A stretch of 64,000 nt of DNA from an uncultured virus (IMG/VR IMGVR_UViG_3300021138_000005) (IMGVR_UViG_3300021138_000005), one strand, 5' to 3'; shown: positions 1 to 10,985, counted from the first letter of the stretch. Made by a program: numbers and translations. The notes: generated by a model not told the origin, from the sequence alone.

Positions 1-39
1 CTGACGTTGTTGTTGACTAACTGCCATTTTTGTCTCTCA

Positions 40-438
40 TCATGCTATGCTGTCTAAGGAGATAGCTCTTTGGTCAAATTCTACGCTAAAGGTATTGATA
101 ACACCGTATGGTTGATATAATAACGTCATTTGAACCATGAGTCCCTGACTGAATTGTGTGACTTGTGTGTTCTGCAAGACAACTCGCGAATCAGATTGTA
201 CCACCCTGGTTGCTTCTGCTATCACAGCTTGTATCGTAGCGTCATCGAATGGCTCAAAGAGCAGATTCCATATGTTACAACCATAGGTTGGCATCATCAC
301 ACGTTCACCAGGAAGCGTATTAAAATGATTGTAGAGGTCGCGTTCAATCAAGGCAACATCTGCAAAACTTTGTTGCTTGCTATTGGTATCTAGGGTACTA
401 AACCCATAGAACACTTTTGTTGGAGCTAATATGGCCAT
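40..438 (-). CDS. Baseplate wedge subunit, gp25-like
   Basis: TLPGERVMMPTYGCNIWNLLFEP motif typical of the gp25/GPW family; follows the gp5-like gene. Confidence 0.85.
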   Translation of the reverse strand: MAILAPTKVFYGFSTLDTNSKQQSFADVALIERDLYNHFNTLPGERVMMPTYGCNIWNLLFEPFDDATIQAVIAEATRVVQSDSRVVLQNTQVTQFSQGLMVQMTLLYQPYGVINTFSVEFDQRAISLDSIA

Positions 439-469
439 ACGTATCGGCTAACCTCTATCTATACTGTGA

Positions 470-475
470 TATTTA
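470..475 (-). promoter_or_regulatory. T4-type late promoter (TAAATA) for the gp25-like gene
   Basis: TAAATA on the minus strand ~30 nt upstream of the ATG, followed by a GAGG SD-like sequence. Confidence 0.55.
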
Positions 476-512
476 GCCATGATAAATATAGTGGTTAAGC
501 GCTTATTATTGC

Positions 513-3452
513 TTATAAACCGCCGTTATTGATGGGATCGCCCTTACAGAAGTTTGTAACTTCTTTGCTACGCCTCTGTTGTAAGCTTGGCACCACTTTA
601 CCGCCTGCGTGGCAATAGCTCATCCATTTCTCAGTCACATCAAAGCTACCCGTGTTCAATATAGCAGCTATGCTATTACAGTTACCTATGTTGTACACAA
701 AGCTTACCAACATATCAAACTGCGTCTGGCTTATCTTTACCTGAACACTTTTTTGAACTTTTGCTTCTCGAGGCGCAAGATCCTGCTTGAAAAGATCTAA
801 AATTTCAGCATCGCTCAGTGGTGAGGTTAGTGGTCGTTTAACACCGTTTATGGTCACGTAATTACCAGCTCTTTCGTCCGGCAGCAGTAAATGTCCTATT
901 CCTATAGTTGGCAAATGTGCAACGTCTGGATATACAGTTGATTTCTTACCTTCGGCCTTTGCTATGAACTCAACACCAGCCTGGCTTGTTACTAGACTTC
1001 CAGCCGGCACTTGATCATTGGTAGGACCTTTGTACGAATACTGCGGATTGCCTTGATTATCATATCCTTCACCTTGATAGGTTCCAGGCGGACTATTGGT
1101 ATTTGGTGCGCCCTTGAGATCCAACGGTTTTTGCTGTGAACTTATGATCTGTCCAGCCTTCAGCGGCTGGTTAGTATATGGATCAACAGCGCTTCCTGTT
1201 TCTACGTGGCCGTTGAATCCTGCTGAAGTTGCAGCGTGTCCATCATATGGTTCGTGAGTTGGCAATTGGCTTACTATCGTGTTTTTTAAAGTAAAACTTA
1301 TCTGACCCGGTGCACTTACTACCGCGTCTTTGAATTGTGTGTCGATAGGTTGTAGTGCTGCAGGAGCTGCCTTCGCCCCGGCAGCAGCTGGGCCATTTAA
1401 ATCAATCTTTGCTCCTTCCATAACGATATTATTGGTTGTGCCAATGCTCAGCAAGCCATTGCTTTGCATGGTTAGATATCCGCCTACTGATAGATCATAG
1501 CTGCCGTACGAATAATCAAACATGTTTTTCTGAGCAGTTCTAGCCATTAATCCGCCGCTCTGGATATACATATCTCTGTTGCTAGTCACGTGCATGTCTA
1601 ATGCAGCGTTAATCATAATCACACCAGCCTGAGTGGTGTTGTTATTTGTAACTACTACATTATCATTAGTGGTATCGTTTTGCAATGTTCCAGTGATTAC
1701 AGACGCATTACTTACTTGCGCCTGATTACCAGCAGCAAATACTACCTGTAGTATGGTTTGGCTACCGTCTGAATTTTGCGAGACACTTGCTAATGTAGCC
1801 TTTGGTGGGCTAGCAGGTTCAGTGCCGCTTGTACTGGTTTGGTTAGCAGGGGGCGTAGGTGGGGGAGGACCAGGCGTTAGGCTGGCATTTATATTGTTTG
1901 ATAAGGTGCTGTAATCAGGGCTTCCGTCTGGATTGGTGGGTATATCTTGGGTAATATCCCCTTGTCCTGCAGCAAATCCATATACTGTTGCCTTAGCAGT
2001 TGGATCAGTTGGTAATATCCAAGTATATGATTGCGCATTAAGACTTTTACGTATATTTTCGAGATTAGTGGTAGTTTGACCAGGATTGTTTTGTCCGTCG
2101 TTAAAATCGTTTCCACCTACTGAAACTACAGCATTTCTCGCATTCTGCAGGCTAGGATCACTTTGCACGGTTTTTAATACATCTGCAGAGTTGGCCGTTT
2201 GGCTAAGATTAGTTAATGTACCAGTATTGCTTTGAACAAGTGTCGGCCCTACACCGCCTGCTGCTGCATCACCGACAACAACTACCGGAGCTCCGCTACC
2301 AGGAGTGTTGCTGGTAGCAGTATTGTTGTTAGGTGGAGAATTGGTAGTGGTTGGATTACTCCATGGTATGCCCGTGATATCCATGCCTTGCACAAAGGTT
2401 CCGGTTATACCGTCGGTCGAAGCTGTTATGGTTACAGAAGTATCGCTTAGATTTATCACTGGTACTTGGGCATTGCTGCTTGTGTAGGCCTTGATGATTT
2501 GTCCGCTGTTAGGATTTGAAGTTGGTGTAGCATTGATTAAGACACTGCTAACTTCTCCTCTAGCTCGCATATATATGCTGCGTCCCGCTTCAATGTTAAC
2601 ATCTAAGTCAGCATGCAGATTTAAAGTGCCCTGGCTGCGTAGATTTATGTTTTGTTGGCCGTAAATGCTAATTGTACCATCTACACCTAGCTCAGCCCAG
2701 CTGTTGCCATCTCTGGATATCATGTATATGAAACCTTCGGTGTCGTTAATTAACACCTGAGCTCCTTGCTGTGTACGAAGTCTTATGTATTTTTGTACGT
2801 CGTTGTCGTCCATTACAAATTGGCTACCGCCCGGACTTAGTATACCATAAACTAGATTAATAGGGTCATCGCGCCGGGCACCAGAATCAGTAATGCCGCG
2901 GCTGCTATCTTTGTCTAGCCCCTGTGTTTTTATTGCATCAGCTAGAGGTGAATATATAGGAGCCGTTTGCGAATTAACAACAACATTACTTTGCAACTTG
3001 TTATATTCTGCTACTGGTAAACCACTGCTTCCGCCATCGCCTGGTATACCCGGTACCATATGGTTCATGTTCTGTTGGTATAAACAACCAAACCATATAC
3101 CTCTTCCGGGATCACCATTGATGAAGCAGCATAATACTTCGTTTTCAAGATCGGGCGGGACAAACCAAAAACCATAACTTGTTTGAGTGTTAGTCCAACC
3201 GGGAGCATTAGTGTTCTCATAAACATTAGTTGCACCTGCAAATGGGCTGGCATAGCTACATGTAAACCATTGGTTTTCATCTAGAGGATCACCACTAACT
3301 TCTGGAATCCATACTTTAATTCGACCCATGCGCTGTTGATCGTTTACAGATTTCACAAATCCCAGATATATCTTGTCAAGCTGAGTTGATCGACCGTCTG
3401 GTGACAGGTCGTATGCAGCTGAACTAACAATGCTCCTAGTTAAAACAGCCAT
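513..3452 (-). CDS. Baseplate central spike (gp5/VgrG-like) with internal SGNH-like domain and C-terminal GH24 lysozyme
   Basis: N-terminal OB-fold motifs (MGRIKVWIP, SYGFWFVPPD), beta-helix-like repeats, C-terminal E-x8-D-x5-T triad (AEGKKSTVYPDVAHLPTIGIGH). Confidence 0.85.
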   Translation of the reverse strand: MAVLTRSIVSSAAYDLSPDGRSTQLDKIYLGFVKSVNDQQRMGRIKVWIPEVSGDPLDENQWFTCSYASPFAGATNVYENTNAPGWTNTQTSYGFWFVPPDLENEVLCCFINGDPGRGIWFGCLYQQNMNHMVPGIPGDGGSSGLPVAEYNKLQSNVVVNSQTAPIYSPLADAIKTQGLDKDSSRGITDSGARRDDPINLVYGILSPGGSQFVMDDNDVQKYIRLRTQQGAQVLINDTEGFIYMISRDGNSWAELGVDGTISIYGQQNINLRSQGTLNLHADLDVNIEAGRSIYMRARGEVSSVLINATPTSNPNSGQIIKAYTSSNAQVPVINLSDTSVTITASTDGITGTFVQGMDITGIPWSNPTTTNSPPNNNTATSNTPGSGAPVVVVGDAAAGGVGPTLVQSNTGTLTNLSQTANSADVLKTVQSDPSLQNARNAVVSVGGNDFNDGQNNPGQTTTNLENIRKSLNAQSYTWILPTDPTAKATVYGFAAGQGDITQDIPTNPDGSPDYSTLSNNINASLTPGPPPPTPPANQTSTSGTEPASPPKATLASVSQNSDGSQTILQVVFAAGNQAQVSNASVITGTLQNDTTNDNVVVTNNNTTQAGVIMINAALDMHVTSNRDMYIQSGGLMARTAQKNMFDYSYGSYDLSVGGYLTMQSNGLLSIGTTNNIVMEGAKIDLNGPAAAGAKAAPAALQPIDTQFKDAVVSAPGQISFTLKNTIVSQLPTHEPYDGHAATSAGFNGHVETGSAVDPYTNQPLKAGQIISSQQKPLDLKGAPNTNSPPGTYQGEGYDNQGNPQYSYKGPTNDQVPAGSLVTSQAGVEFIAKAEGKKSTVYPDVAHLPTIGIGHLLLPDERAGNYVTINGVKRPLTSPLSDAEILDLFKQDLAPREAKVQKSVQVKISQTQFDMLVSFVYNIGNCNSIAAILNTGSFDVTEKWMSYCHAGGKVVPSLQQRRSKEVTNFCKGDPINNGGL

Positions 3453-3476
3453 GTGCTTGATCTAATCCTTTCATAT

Positions 3477-6047
3477 TTAATTCTGTCTATCTCGATTGTT
3501 ATTAGCTGTGCTATAGTTGATCGGATTCTGTGCTAGGATGTCTTTGTTAGCTTCTAGTATCTGTGTAAACTTACCGTGGCTGAAAAGATTGGTTGTCTTC
3601 CTGACCAGATATATACCGGTGAAAAAGTCAGCGCCGCCGTTTGAATCATCCTTGGCAAGACCAGTATCCTCATCTATAACGATACCAGTCTTGAATTGTA
3701 ACAGGAAACTGTTGTCGCCGCCAAGATAATCAGCAAATTGCTGTGTGCTAGATGCATTGCCTGCGCCAGCATTATTTACGTAAGTCATGATCTGTGTATC
3801 CTGTGTCATATTACTCACAGGCATCCACCACGGATCACCTCGGATGGTTATTTCTATATCCTGGAATGGTTTTTGATCTCCAAACACATTACCTAATACT
3901 GCACCGACAAAACCAACACCGGGTGCAAAAGCCTGCGGATCTCTGATATTTGTAGTTTTTGATTGATCAGTATTCTGCGTGGCATTTTGAGCGGTAGGAG
4001 TAGTGTCGTACATACCAACTACCGGCAATGGTGGTTGAGAAAATAATGCAGCATTATTTTTGGTATCTTCTATGTAAGTAGTAGAAAGTGTTGCTGCTCT
4101 GTTAGACAGATAGTTATTGGCTGTAGCTGCATATTGCTGCGCACCAGGTATCTTAGACTGTGCAGCAGATAAAGCTAACTGCCCAGAACTTTGATTGAAT
4201 AGAATCACTCTATCATTAGCAGTGCTTGCTGCGCTGCTAGTTGGCGGATTGGTTGCTGCAGCTGGATTCGTCGGAGGATTACCAGACTGTATCTGTTGCA
4301 ATGCGCTAGGTGCTGGTCCGGCAGGTTGTCCAACGGCGTTGCTGCTATTAGCAGCTCCGTCTGCACCTAACTGTCTATCCAAGGTTGCTGCTTGATTAGC
4401 ATCTGGTGGGGTTTGATCTTTTGGTTGCAACCCTCGTTGTCTCAGATTATCTTGGCTATTTTGATTAACCAAGGCAGGCGTAGCATATTGGAAGTAGCTG
4501 TTACCTTGATTCCAAGTGGGTAGGTTTATTGCCCAAGTGAGGTCCATCTTGATATCAAAACTAACCACTTCGGTGTTTAATCCCGTCCAGATATAATCGT
4601 ATCTCTTTACCAAACGATTGTTCTGGATCATGTATTTGAGTTTGTTGATCTGTGTTGTAGGCTGCTGTGCAAGTTTTACGGCTTGCATATCAGTGTATGC
4701 TCTGGCACTTTCAGTACGAGACAGCACATATGTTATCTCATAGATATAGTCTCTGGTAACTGGATCAAATCCTATAATCTTGCTCATAGGATAGACACTG
4801 ACATACCCGATTATCGCTTCTTCGGTTAGTGTAGCACCGCCACCGCCTGCGCCGTTGGCACCAGTAATCCAATCCTGTGCATCCTTGCAGAGATATACTG
4901 CAAAATTAACCACGTTTTCTATAGCCTGGCCTCTGTTTACAGTAAGCACAGTACGATCACGAAGTTCGCTGGATTGAATACTCATCTCTCCACTACGAGA
5001 AACATGCTTGTCTGTGTCAGCTGGGCGTATGTTCCAATTTTTCCATATGTCTGGATAGACTATCTTGTAGCGTATCTGTTGCACGCTGTCGTTATTAAGA
5101 TTGGTTTGTTGCTTATTCAGCGCATCAATATACCCATCAAAAAATTGGCCAAGCGTAGTAGCTTTGACGTTGAACCCTGCTTGCGGTATAGCACTTTGGT
5201 TCATCTCTCCGTACACGTTATCTACGTAAAGATGTATGTTATAGGTGCTACCTACTTGTGTAGCACTCACGTCCATCTTTTGTATCTTTACTCTATACAT
5301 TTGGTAGAAGAGTCCGGGTGCAATTATGTTTCCGTCCTCATCATAACCATTGAACCATATTTCCAAAAAATAAGGACACCTAGCATGGTTTATGACACCA
5401 ATTTGCTTGCTGCTGAAGTAGATCTTGTCCATGAGATTTAAGCCCAGAGGCTCTGATATCACCATGTCAAACTCAACACTGCTCCACATGTTCCTGCGAG
5501 AAATATTGGCACTAGCATACGCTGTGCTTTTCAGTTCTACTATGTTAAATCCAGCAGTTACTCCGCTTTCAACTATCACGGTCTTGGCCATGTTGTTGCT
5601 GTTTGGATTTGTAGGATTTACATTGTTATACGCTTCTGCTTCGCTGGTCATAAACCAACGTATGTGGTAGGTATAATTAGCATAGACATTCAGAGGATTG
5701 GGTTGCGGGTTCCAGCTTAATCCAAGACTGCTCAATCTAGCATCAAAGCTGCTGTTAGCAGGAGTTGGATATGTCTGAGAGTTTTGCGACAGTGCAGACG
5801 GTACGTTAGTTGCGGCAGGACCGTTAAACTGAGACTGCTCAGGAGATTTTGTTGGGGCAGCGGGCGTTATTGCAGGATTACTGTCAAGTACCGTTGGATT
5901 ATTTGGTGCTATACCACCAAGGTTGTCTTCACCGAGGAATGCTTTATTGGCTGCCGCCGACCGCTTGGCTTCCTCTGCTTGTAAGGCGTTGAACTGTTCT
6001 TCGGTGACTTGCTGCACGCCATCTTTGGTAAGTATAAAGGCCATCAA
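3477..6047 (-). CDS. Baseplate hub protein (gp27/gp44-like), large
   Basis: Lies between gp53-like and gp5-like genes; NPLNVYANYTY and C-terminal ITIRGDPWW / FTGIYLV motifs of hub proteins. Confidence 0.6.
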   Translation of the reverse strand: MMAFILTKDGVQQVTEEQFNALQAEEAKRSAAANKAFLGEDNLGGIAPNNPTVLDSNPAITPAAPTKSPEQSQFNGPAATNVPSALSQNSQTYPTPANSSFDARLSSLGLSWNPQPNPLNVYANYTYHIRWFMTSEAEAYNNVNPTNPNSNNMAKTVIVESGVTAGFNIVELKSTAYASANISRRNMWSSVEFDMVISEPLGLNLMDKIYFSSKQIGVINHARCPYFLEIWFNGYDEDGNIIAPGLFYQMYRVKIQKMDVSATQVGSTYNIHLYVDNVYGEMNQSAIPQAGFNVKATTLGQFFDGYIDALNKQQTNLNNDSVQQIRYKIVYPDIWKNWNIRPADTDKHVSRSGEMSIQSSELRDRTVLTVNRGQAIENVVNFAVYLCKDAQDWITGANGAGGGGATLTEEAIIGYVSVYPMSKIIGFDPVTRDYIYEITYVLSRTESARAYTDMQAVKLAQQPTTQINKLKYMIQNNRLVKRYDYIWTGLNTEVVSFDIKMDLTWAINLPTWNQGNSYFQYATPALVNQNSQDNLRQRGLQPKDQTPPDANQAATLDRQLGADGAANSSNAVGQPAGPAPSALQQIQSGNPPTNPAAATNPPTSSAASTANDRVILFNQSSGQLALSAAQSKIPGAQQYAATANNYLSNRAATLSTTYIEDTKNNAALFSQPPLPVVGMYDTTPTAQNATQNTDQSKTTNIRDPQAFAPGVGFVGAVLGNVFGDQKPFQDIEITIRGDPWWMPVSNMTQDTQIMTYVNNAGAGNASSTQQFADYLGGDNSFLLQFKTGIVIDEDTGLAKDDSNGGADFFTGIYLVRKTTNLFSHGKFTQILEANKDILAQNPINYSTANNNRDRQN

Positions 6048-6358
6048 GCTATCCTTATCAAACTGTCCTTAGAAGGAACATAGATTACCAATCCGGGTAT
6101 GAAATCCCAAACAGGATCTATCAATTGGTTCGGGTTGCGCAGCGCAAAAACCCACCATAGCATGCTGGTTTGATAAAGCTCGTAACTGAGCAAATCTGGT
6201 CTATTCTTGTAAGCATTTGGTATCTCATACAAGCTATCAGTGCTTTGTGGACTGATGTATTGTCCGCTCCAATAACCAAGATACTGCACATAATTGGTAA
6301 CCTGATTGGTTTGAAAATATGGACTATGTTTATCGTAGGTGACCTGTGTCATATCCAC
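6044..6358 (-). CDS. Baseplate wedge subunit, gp53/LysM-like
   Basis: RPDLLSYELYQTSMLWWVFALRN motif. Confidence 0.8.
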   Translation of the reverse strand: MDMTQVTYDKHSPYFQTNQVTNYVQYLGYWSGQYISPQSTDSLYEIPNAYKNRPDLLSYELYQTSMLWWVFALRNPNQLIDPVWDFIPGLVIYVPSKDSLIRIA

Positions 6359-7146
6359 TTACCCTGTTTCATGAGAGCACCTGTCCTAAATTCATCTAGA
6401 TTGAACTGTCTTAACCTATATGCTGTGTTTTGTACAGTTATGCTAACTCCAAGTGTGAATACCGCTGGTAACCAAACATACCCAGACGAACTTGCTAAAC
6501 TGGTATTGAACAGTTGGCTAGCAATGGCCGCTGCATTCCTTGCGTTATTAAATCCTTGTATTTGCGGCGTCGTTTCTATCCTGCTTAATCCCAGAGTATT
6601 TGACTGAGCCTGTAAAGTAGTATAGGTTTGTAAATCAGCGAGATTTATCGGCACATAATCTACATCGGCTGGTAACTCAATGGTATAATTGGTAACAATG
6701 ACGGGCAATTGGTTGAACATGTATTGACCATAAGCATCAAACAACAGCACAGGCGGCGGTGTACCAAGATTAGCACCAGTCCCAAAATACATCTTGGTAA
6801 CTGTGCGCATGAAGTGTATCGCAGCTAACGCATAGATACCTTCCTGCTGATTCTGTACAGAGAACTGTCCGCTGACAGCTAATTTGAGGGCAGGAGTCTT
6901 GGTATATGCTAATATCTCTTGATTAACATGAACCATGTCAATGGCTGCATATTCAACTGGTTGGTCATATGTTATGGTAGGTTGATAGGGCCACACAACA
7001 CCGTTCGTTGATCTCAATGGTGTGAGCAGACCATTACCACCATATATCTGTGCAGCAGCTAATGGTTTTGGACGCAACCGAACTCGACGACCGTTAGCGT
7101 CACTGTCATTGCTAAACGAAGGCGGTGCTCTAAAGTCGTCAGCCAT
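6349..7146 (-). CDS. Baseplate/tail-tube initiator-like protein
   Basis: Tube-like motifs (WPYQPTI, PPPVLLFDAYG); start moved to MADDF, downstream of a late promoter. Confidence 0.55.
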   Translation of the reverse strand: MADDFRAPPSFSNDSDANGRRVRLRPKPLAAAQIYGGNGLLTPLRSTNGVVWPYQPTITYDQPVEYAAIDMVHVNQEILAYTKTPALKLAVSGQFSVQNQQEGIYALAAIHFMRTVTKMYFGTGANLGTPPPVLLFDAYGQYMFNQLPVIVTNYTIELPADVDYVPINLADLQTYTTLQAQSNTLGLSRIETTPQIQGFNNARNAAAIASQLFNTSLASSSGYVWLPAVFTLGVSITVQNTAYRLRQFNLDEFRTGALMKQGKWI

Positions 7147-7169
7147 AAATATCCCAAATGTTTCCAAAC

Positions 7170-7175
7170 TATTTA
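7170..7175 (-). promoter_or_regulatory. Late promoter (TAAATA) of the baseplate operon
   Basis: CATAAATA on the minus strand ~24 nt upstream of ATG 7146. Confidence 0.6.
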
Positions 7176-7288
7176 TGGTGGTAAATTCGTCAATGATTTT
7201 GTATATCAATTTGACTTAGCTGGTATATATCCACAACTTTACAACTGCATGGTCAATCCATGCACACAATAACGAGGCAACACAAAAA

Positions 7289-8149
7289 ATGGCTGTAGTA
7301 CCTAAGATCAAATACCTTACCAACAAAGATCTATTAGAAGAGATACATCGCAGCAAGGGCACATATTGTGAATACATTGAAACAAAATACGCAAATTACG
7401 ACATCATCACCAACGATCTTAGCAAAGTAACAGCTGAACGATTATCAGATGCACGCACTAAGAAGATGGACCAGAGCATCGCAGCAAATAAAAAGGCGCA
7501 GATTGCTGCAGGCGTGCGCAATCCAGTTATCAGCATCACATTAGATGATGTGCTATTAGAAGATATTGTGGTACGAGTGATGACATTTGATCACATACCT
7601 ATCAATGAAGAAAAACTAGCCAAAGCCAAAACCGAAGCAGAACGTCATCTCAAATGTAACTTTCCACCATATCAACATTACATCTTTAAGGAAGGTGAAT
7701 TTGTGTGCGTGGGCAAGAGCCACTGGCAGGGTGGTCTTGAGAACGGGCACTTCTCGGTCACACACGGCAAGATGACCAACAAGCTGGCCATGATGTTCAT
7801 GAAGTTGGTAGAACGTTATGGACATCGCGGCAACTGGCGCGGTTACACATACATTGACGAGATGAAGAGCCAAGCCCTGTTACAGCTCAGCCAGATTGGA
7901 TTACAGTTCGACGAGAGCCGTTCAGAAACTCCTAATCCATTTGCTTACTATACTGCCGCAATTACCAATAGCTTCACTCGCGTGCTCAACATAGAGAAAC
8001 GCAACCAAAACATCCGCGATGACATCTTGATCATGCACGGCGCGACGCCAAGTTATACACGACAGACCGAAAACGACATGAAGAACCAGCAGGCCAGGGC
8101 TGCAGCCGATGCTGCTGCCACTGCTGCTAAAGCCAGTGCCAACGAATAA
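7289..8149 (+). CDS. Late-transcription sigma factor, gp55-like
   Basis: YLTNKDLL N-terminus; NWRGYTYIDEM and NPFAYYT motifs; lies upstream of gp47/gp46 as in T4-like phages. Confidence 0.85.
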   Translation: MAVVPKIKYLTNKDLLEEIHRSKGTYCEYIETKYANYDIITNDLSKVTAERLSDARTKKMDQSIAANKKAQIAAGVRNPVISITLDDVLLEDIVVRVMTFDHIPINEEKLAKAKTEAERHLKCNFPPYQHYIFKEGEFVCVGKSHWQGGLENGHFSVTHGKMTNKLAMMFMKLVERYGHRGNWRGYTYIDEMKSQALLQLSQIGLQFDESRSETPNPFAYYTAAITNSFTRVLNIEKRNQNIRDDILIMHGATPSYTRQTENDMKNQQARAAADAAATAAKASANE

Positions 8150-8199
8150 GCATTTGATTTTTGCTGCGTCCTGCTAAATACTAAACAAAAGGATTTAGC

Positions 8200-9930
8200 A
8201 TGGCTCTGCTGGACGAATGCCACACACTTTGGTCGCTGAAGAAACTTCGTACTGAGCACTTAGAATCTAGCCAGCACAGGCAGGAATTCGCGGATATCGG
8301 CGCAATGCTGGGCATAACTTCCCCGAGGCAGATACTGTGGCACGCCATGCATGCGCAGCCAATACCGCGCTGTGCATGTGGCAATCAATTGGCGTGGCAT
8401 GCGGATCGCAGGGAATACAGGATCTACTGCAGCAAGAGATGCACCGCCGTGAATAGCCAAAGCAAAATCAAGGCAACCAATATCAAGCGCCGAGGCGTGT
8501 CTCATCACACCCAGACACAGTCATACAGGGACAAGGTCAAGCAAACCAGCTTGATTCGTTTTGGTAGCACACATTACAGCAAAACAAGCCAGTTCAAACA
8601 CAGCGTGATCGCAGCTAACCAAGCAAGATTCGGTGTGAATCATCCAGCACAAGATGCTGCTATACGTGCAAAGATCAGGCAGACTACATTTGATAACCAC
8701 GGCGTACATAATCCAATGCACAGCCCTGATATCAAGGCCAAGCAAGCAGCTACCAATCTTGATAGATACGGCAAATCAAATCCGCTGAGCTCAGACACAA
8801 TCAAGGCCAAAGTGGCTGCTACCATGATCGAACGCTATGGTCATCAGCATGCTATGCAGGTACCCGCTATAGCAGAAGCAGCTGGCCAAAAGCGTAAACT
8901 GAATTATTACACTGCCTATGCCTATGAGAAGATACATGACAGAGATTGGTTAGCAGCACAGAATCAATCTGGGAAGAGCATAGGTGAGATAGCAGATGAA
9001 CTGGGAGTCAGCAGCAGCAATCTATGCAAGTATTTCCATGAACACGGATTAGATATCAAGAAACACTTCCGCAGTGCCATGGAGCGAGACATCGCCGAGC
9101 ATCTAATCAGTCTAGATGTTGACATTGTCTGCAACGATCGACGCGTGATATCGCCCTTGGAGATAGACATATGGATACCCAACGCTCAGCTGGGTATAGA
9201 ACTGAACGGGGCATACTATCACAGTGAGCTACAAGGCAAGCAGCAGAACTACCACCTAAACAAGAGCAATGCTGCAACCGAGGTTGGCATTGATCTATTG
9301 CAATTCTTCGACTGGGAAGTGTTTGCCAAACGCCCGATCATACTGGATAAGATACACCATTTATTGGGTCTTAACCATAGCATAGGAGCCAGGAAGCTGA
9401 CGCTAGCAACCGTAAATAAGCAAACAGCATGGAAGTTCTTTGAGGATAACCACTTGCAGGGTGCATGTCCTGCCAGCATGACGCTAGGACTGTTTGATCA
9501 AGACGGCAAGCTCCTATCTGCTATGAGCTTTGGTAAGAGCAGATATAATAAGAAATATCAGTACGAACTGCTGAGATTCTGCTGTGAACTAGGAGTATCG
9601 GTGCCAGGTGCAGCCAGCAGATTGTTAAAGAAATTTATAGAGGACACTGCCAAAGGCCACAAGATTGTGAGCTATTGCAACCGTCGCTGGAGCAGCGGAA
9701 GTTTATACAAAAAGCTGGGCTTCATACAATCTCATATAACACCGCCCGGATATTATTACATCCAGCGCAACGGTCAATACGTCGGAACACGGCAGCAATG
9801 GCAGAAACATCTGTTAAGAGACAAATTGCCAATCTTTGACGACGGTCTCGGCGAAGCCGATAACATGCTAGCCAACGGTTATACCAGAGTCTGGGATTGC
9901 GGACAGCTGGTATATGAGATGGTCACTTGA
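8200..9930 (+). mobile_element. Free-standing Hef-like homing endonuclease: Zn motif, YG-x-x-NP repeats, HTH, PD-(D/E)xK nuclease, C-terminal GNAT-like domain
   Basis: Repeats FGVNHPAQ/HGVHNPMH/YGKSNPLS; EIDIWIP...GIELNGAYYH; YELLRFC...GAASRLL...LYKKLGF; TAAATA at 8175-8180. Confidence 0.7.
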
Positions 9931-9955
9931 TCATTATGCGCTGATGCAGTAACAT
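9927..9955 (+). promoter_or_regulatory. Sigma70-type promoter for gp47/gp46 (likely leaderless transcript)
   Basis: TTGATC-N17-TAACAT ending 8 nt before ATG 9964; no SD. Confidence 0.5.
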
Positions 9956-9963
9956 ACTAGTGC

Positions 9964-10983
9964 ATGGCAAAAGACATAGACTTTTCAAAGACAGTGTACT
10001 TTACCGACATTCATTATGGTCTCCGCAACAACAGCAGAGAACACAATGCCAGCTGTGAGCAGTTCATCGAATGGATGATTGAGCAAGCCGAGGAATGGGG
10101 CAGCAAGAACTGCATCTTCGGCGGCGATTGGCATCATAATCGCAGCGTGATCAACGTGAGCACGCTCAATTACTCAGTGAGCGGACTCAAGAAGCTCAAT
10201 GCATATTTTGACAATGTGTTCTTCTTGCTGGGCAATCACGATCTGTTCTACAGGGACAAGTATGAGATCCACAGCATACCTTACATCAAAGAATTCCCTA
10301 ACATCCATTTGATCGAGACACAGCAAGTGTTTGATGGCGTTAGCTTCGTTCCTTGGATGGTTGGCGATGATTGGAAGTCAGTTCCAGCAATCAAGGCACC
10401 TTACTTGTTTGGACACTTCGAGCTGCCTCGGTTCAAGATGAACGCTATGGTAGAGATGCCCGACCACGGATTGCTAAACGAAACTCACTTTGCCAATCAA
10501 CAGCAAGTATTCACCGGACATTTCCACAAGCGCCAGAATCGCAACAAGATATGGTATACCGGAAACTGTTTCCCTCATGATTATTCAGATGCCTGGGATG
10601 ATAATCGCGGTATCATGCTCTGGGAACCAGGTAATGATCCGATATTTCGTGCATGGCCGGGCGCTCCAAAATATCGTGTAGCCCCGCTAAGCAAGGTATT
10701 AGAGGATCCAGAAGCAGTGATTGACCACAAGACCTATGCTCGCATCGCAGTTGACCTTGATATTAGCTACGAAGAAGCCAACTTCCTCAAGGAACTGTTT
10801 GAGCGCGAGCTTGACGCTCGAGAAGTCAACCTACAGGTTGCTAAAGCAGATGCACAGGGTGCCATACCAGAAGATGGTATCAACTTTGAAAGCGTGGACA
10901 CCATCGTGATCAGCCACCTACAGAGCATAGAATCCAACACCATAGATCGGCAGCAGTTGATCCAGATCTATCAGAGCATATAA
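9964..10983 (+). CDS. Recombination endonuclease subunit gp47 (Mre11/SbcD-like)
   Basis: Metallophosphoesterase motifs DIH, GDWHH, GNHD, GHFH. Confidence 0.92.
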   Translation: MAKDIDFSKTVYFTDIHYGLRNNSREHNASCEQFIEWMIEQAEEWGSKNCIFGGDWHHNRSVINVSTLNYSVSGLKKLNAYFDNVFFLLGNHDLFYRDKYEIHSIPYIKEFPNIHLIETQQVFDGVSFVPWMVGDDWKSVPAIKAPYLFGHFELPRFKMNAMVEMPDHGLLNETHFANQQQVFTGHFHKRQNRNKIWYTGNCFPHDYSDAWDDNRGIMLWEPGNDPIFRAWPGAPKYRVAPLSKVLEDPEAVIDHKTYARIAVDLDISYEEANFLKELFERELDAREVNLQVAKADAQGAIPEDGINFESVDTIVISHLQSIESNTIDRQQLIQIYQSI

Positions 10984-10985
10984 GC

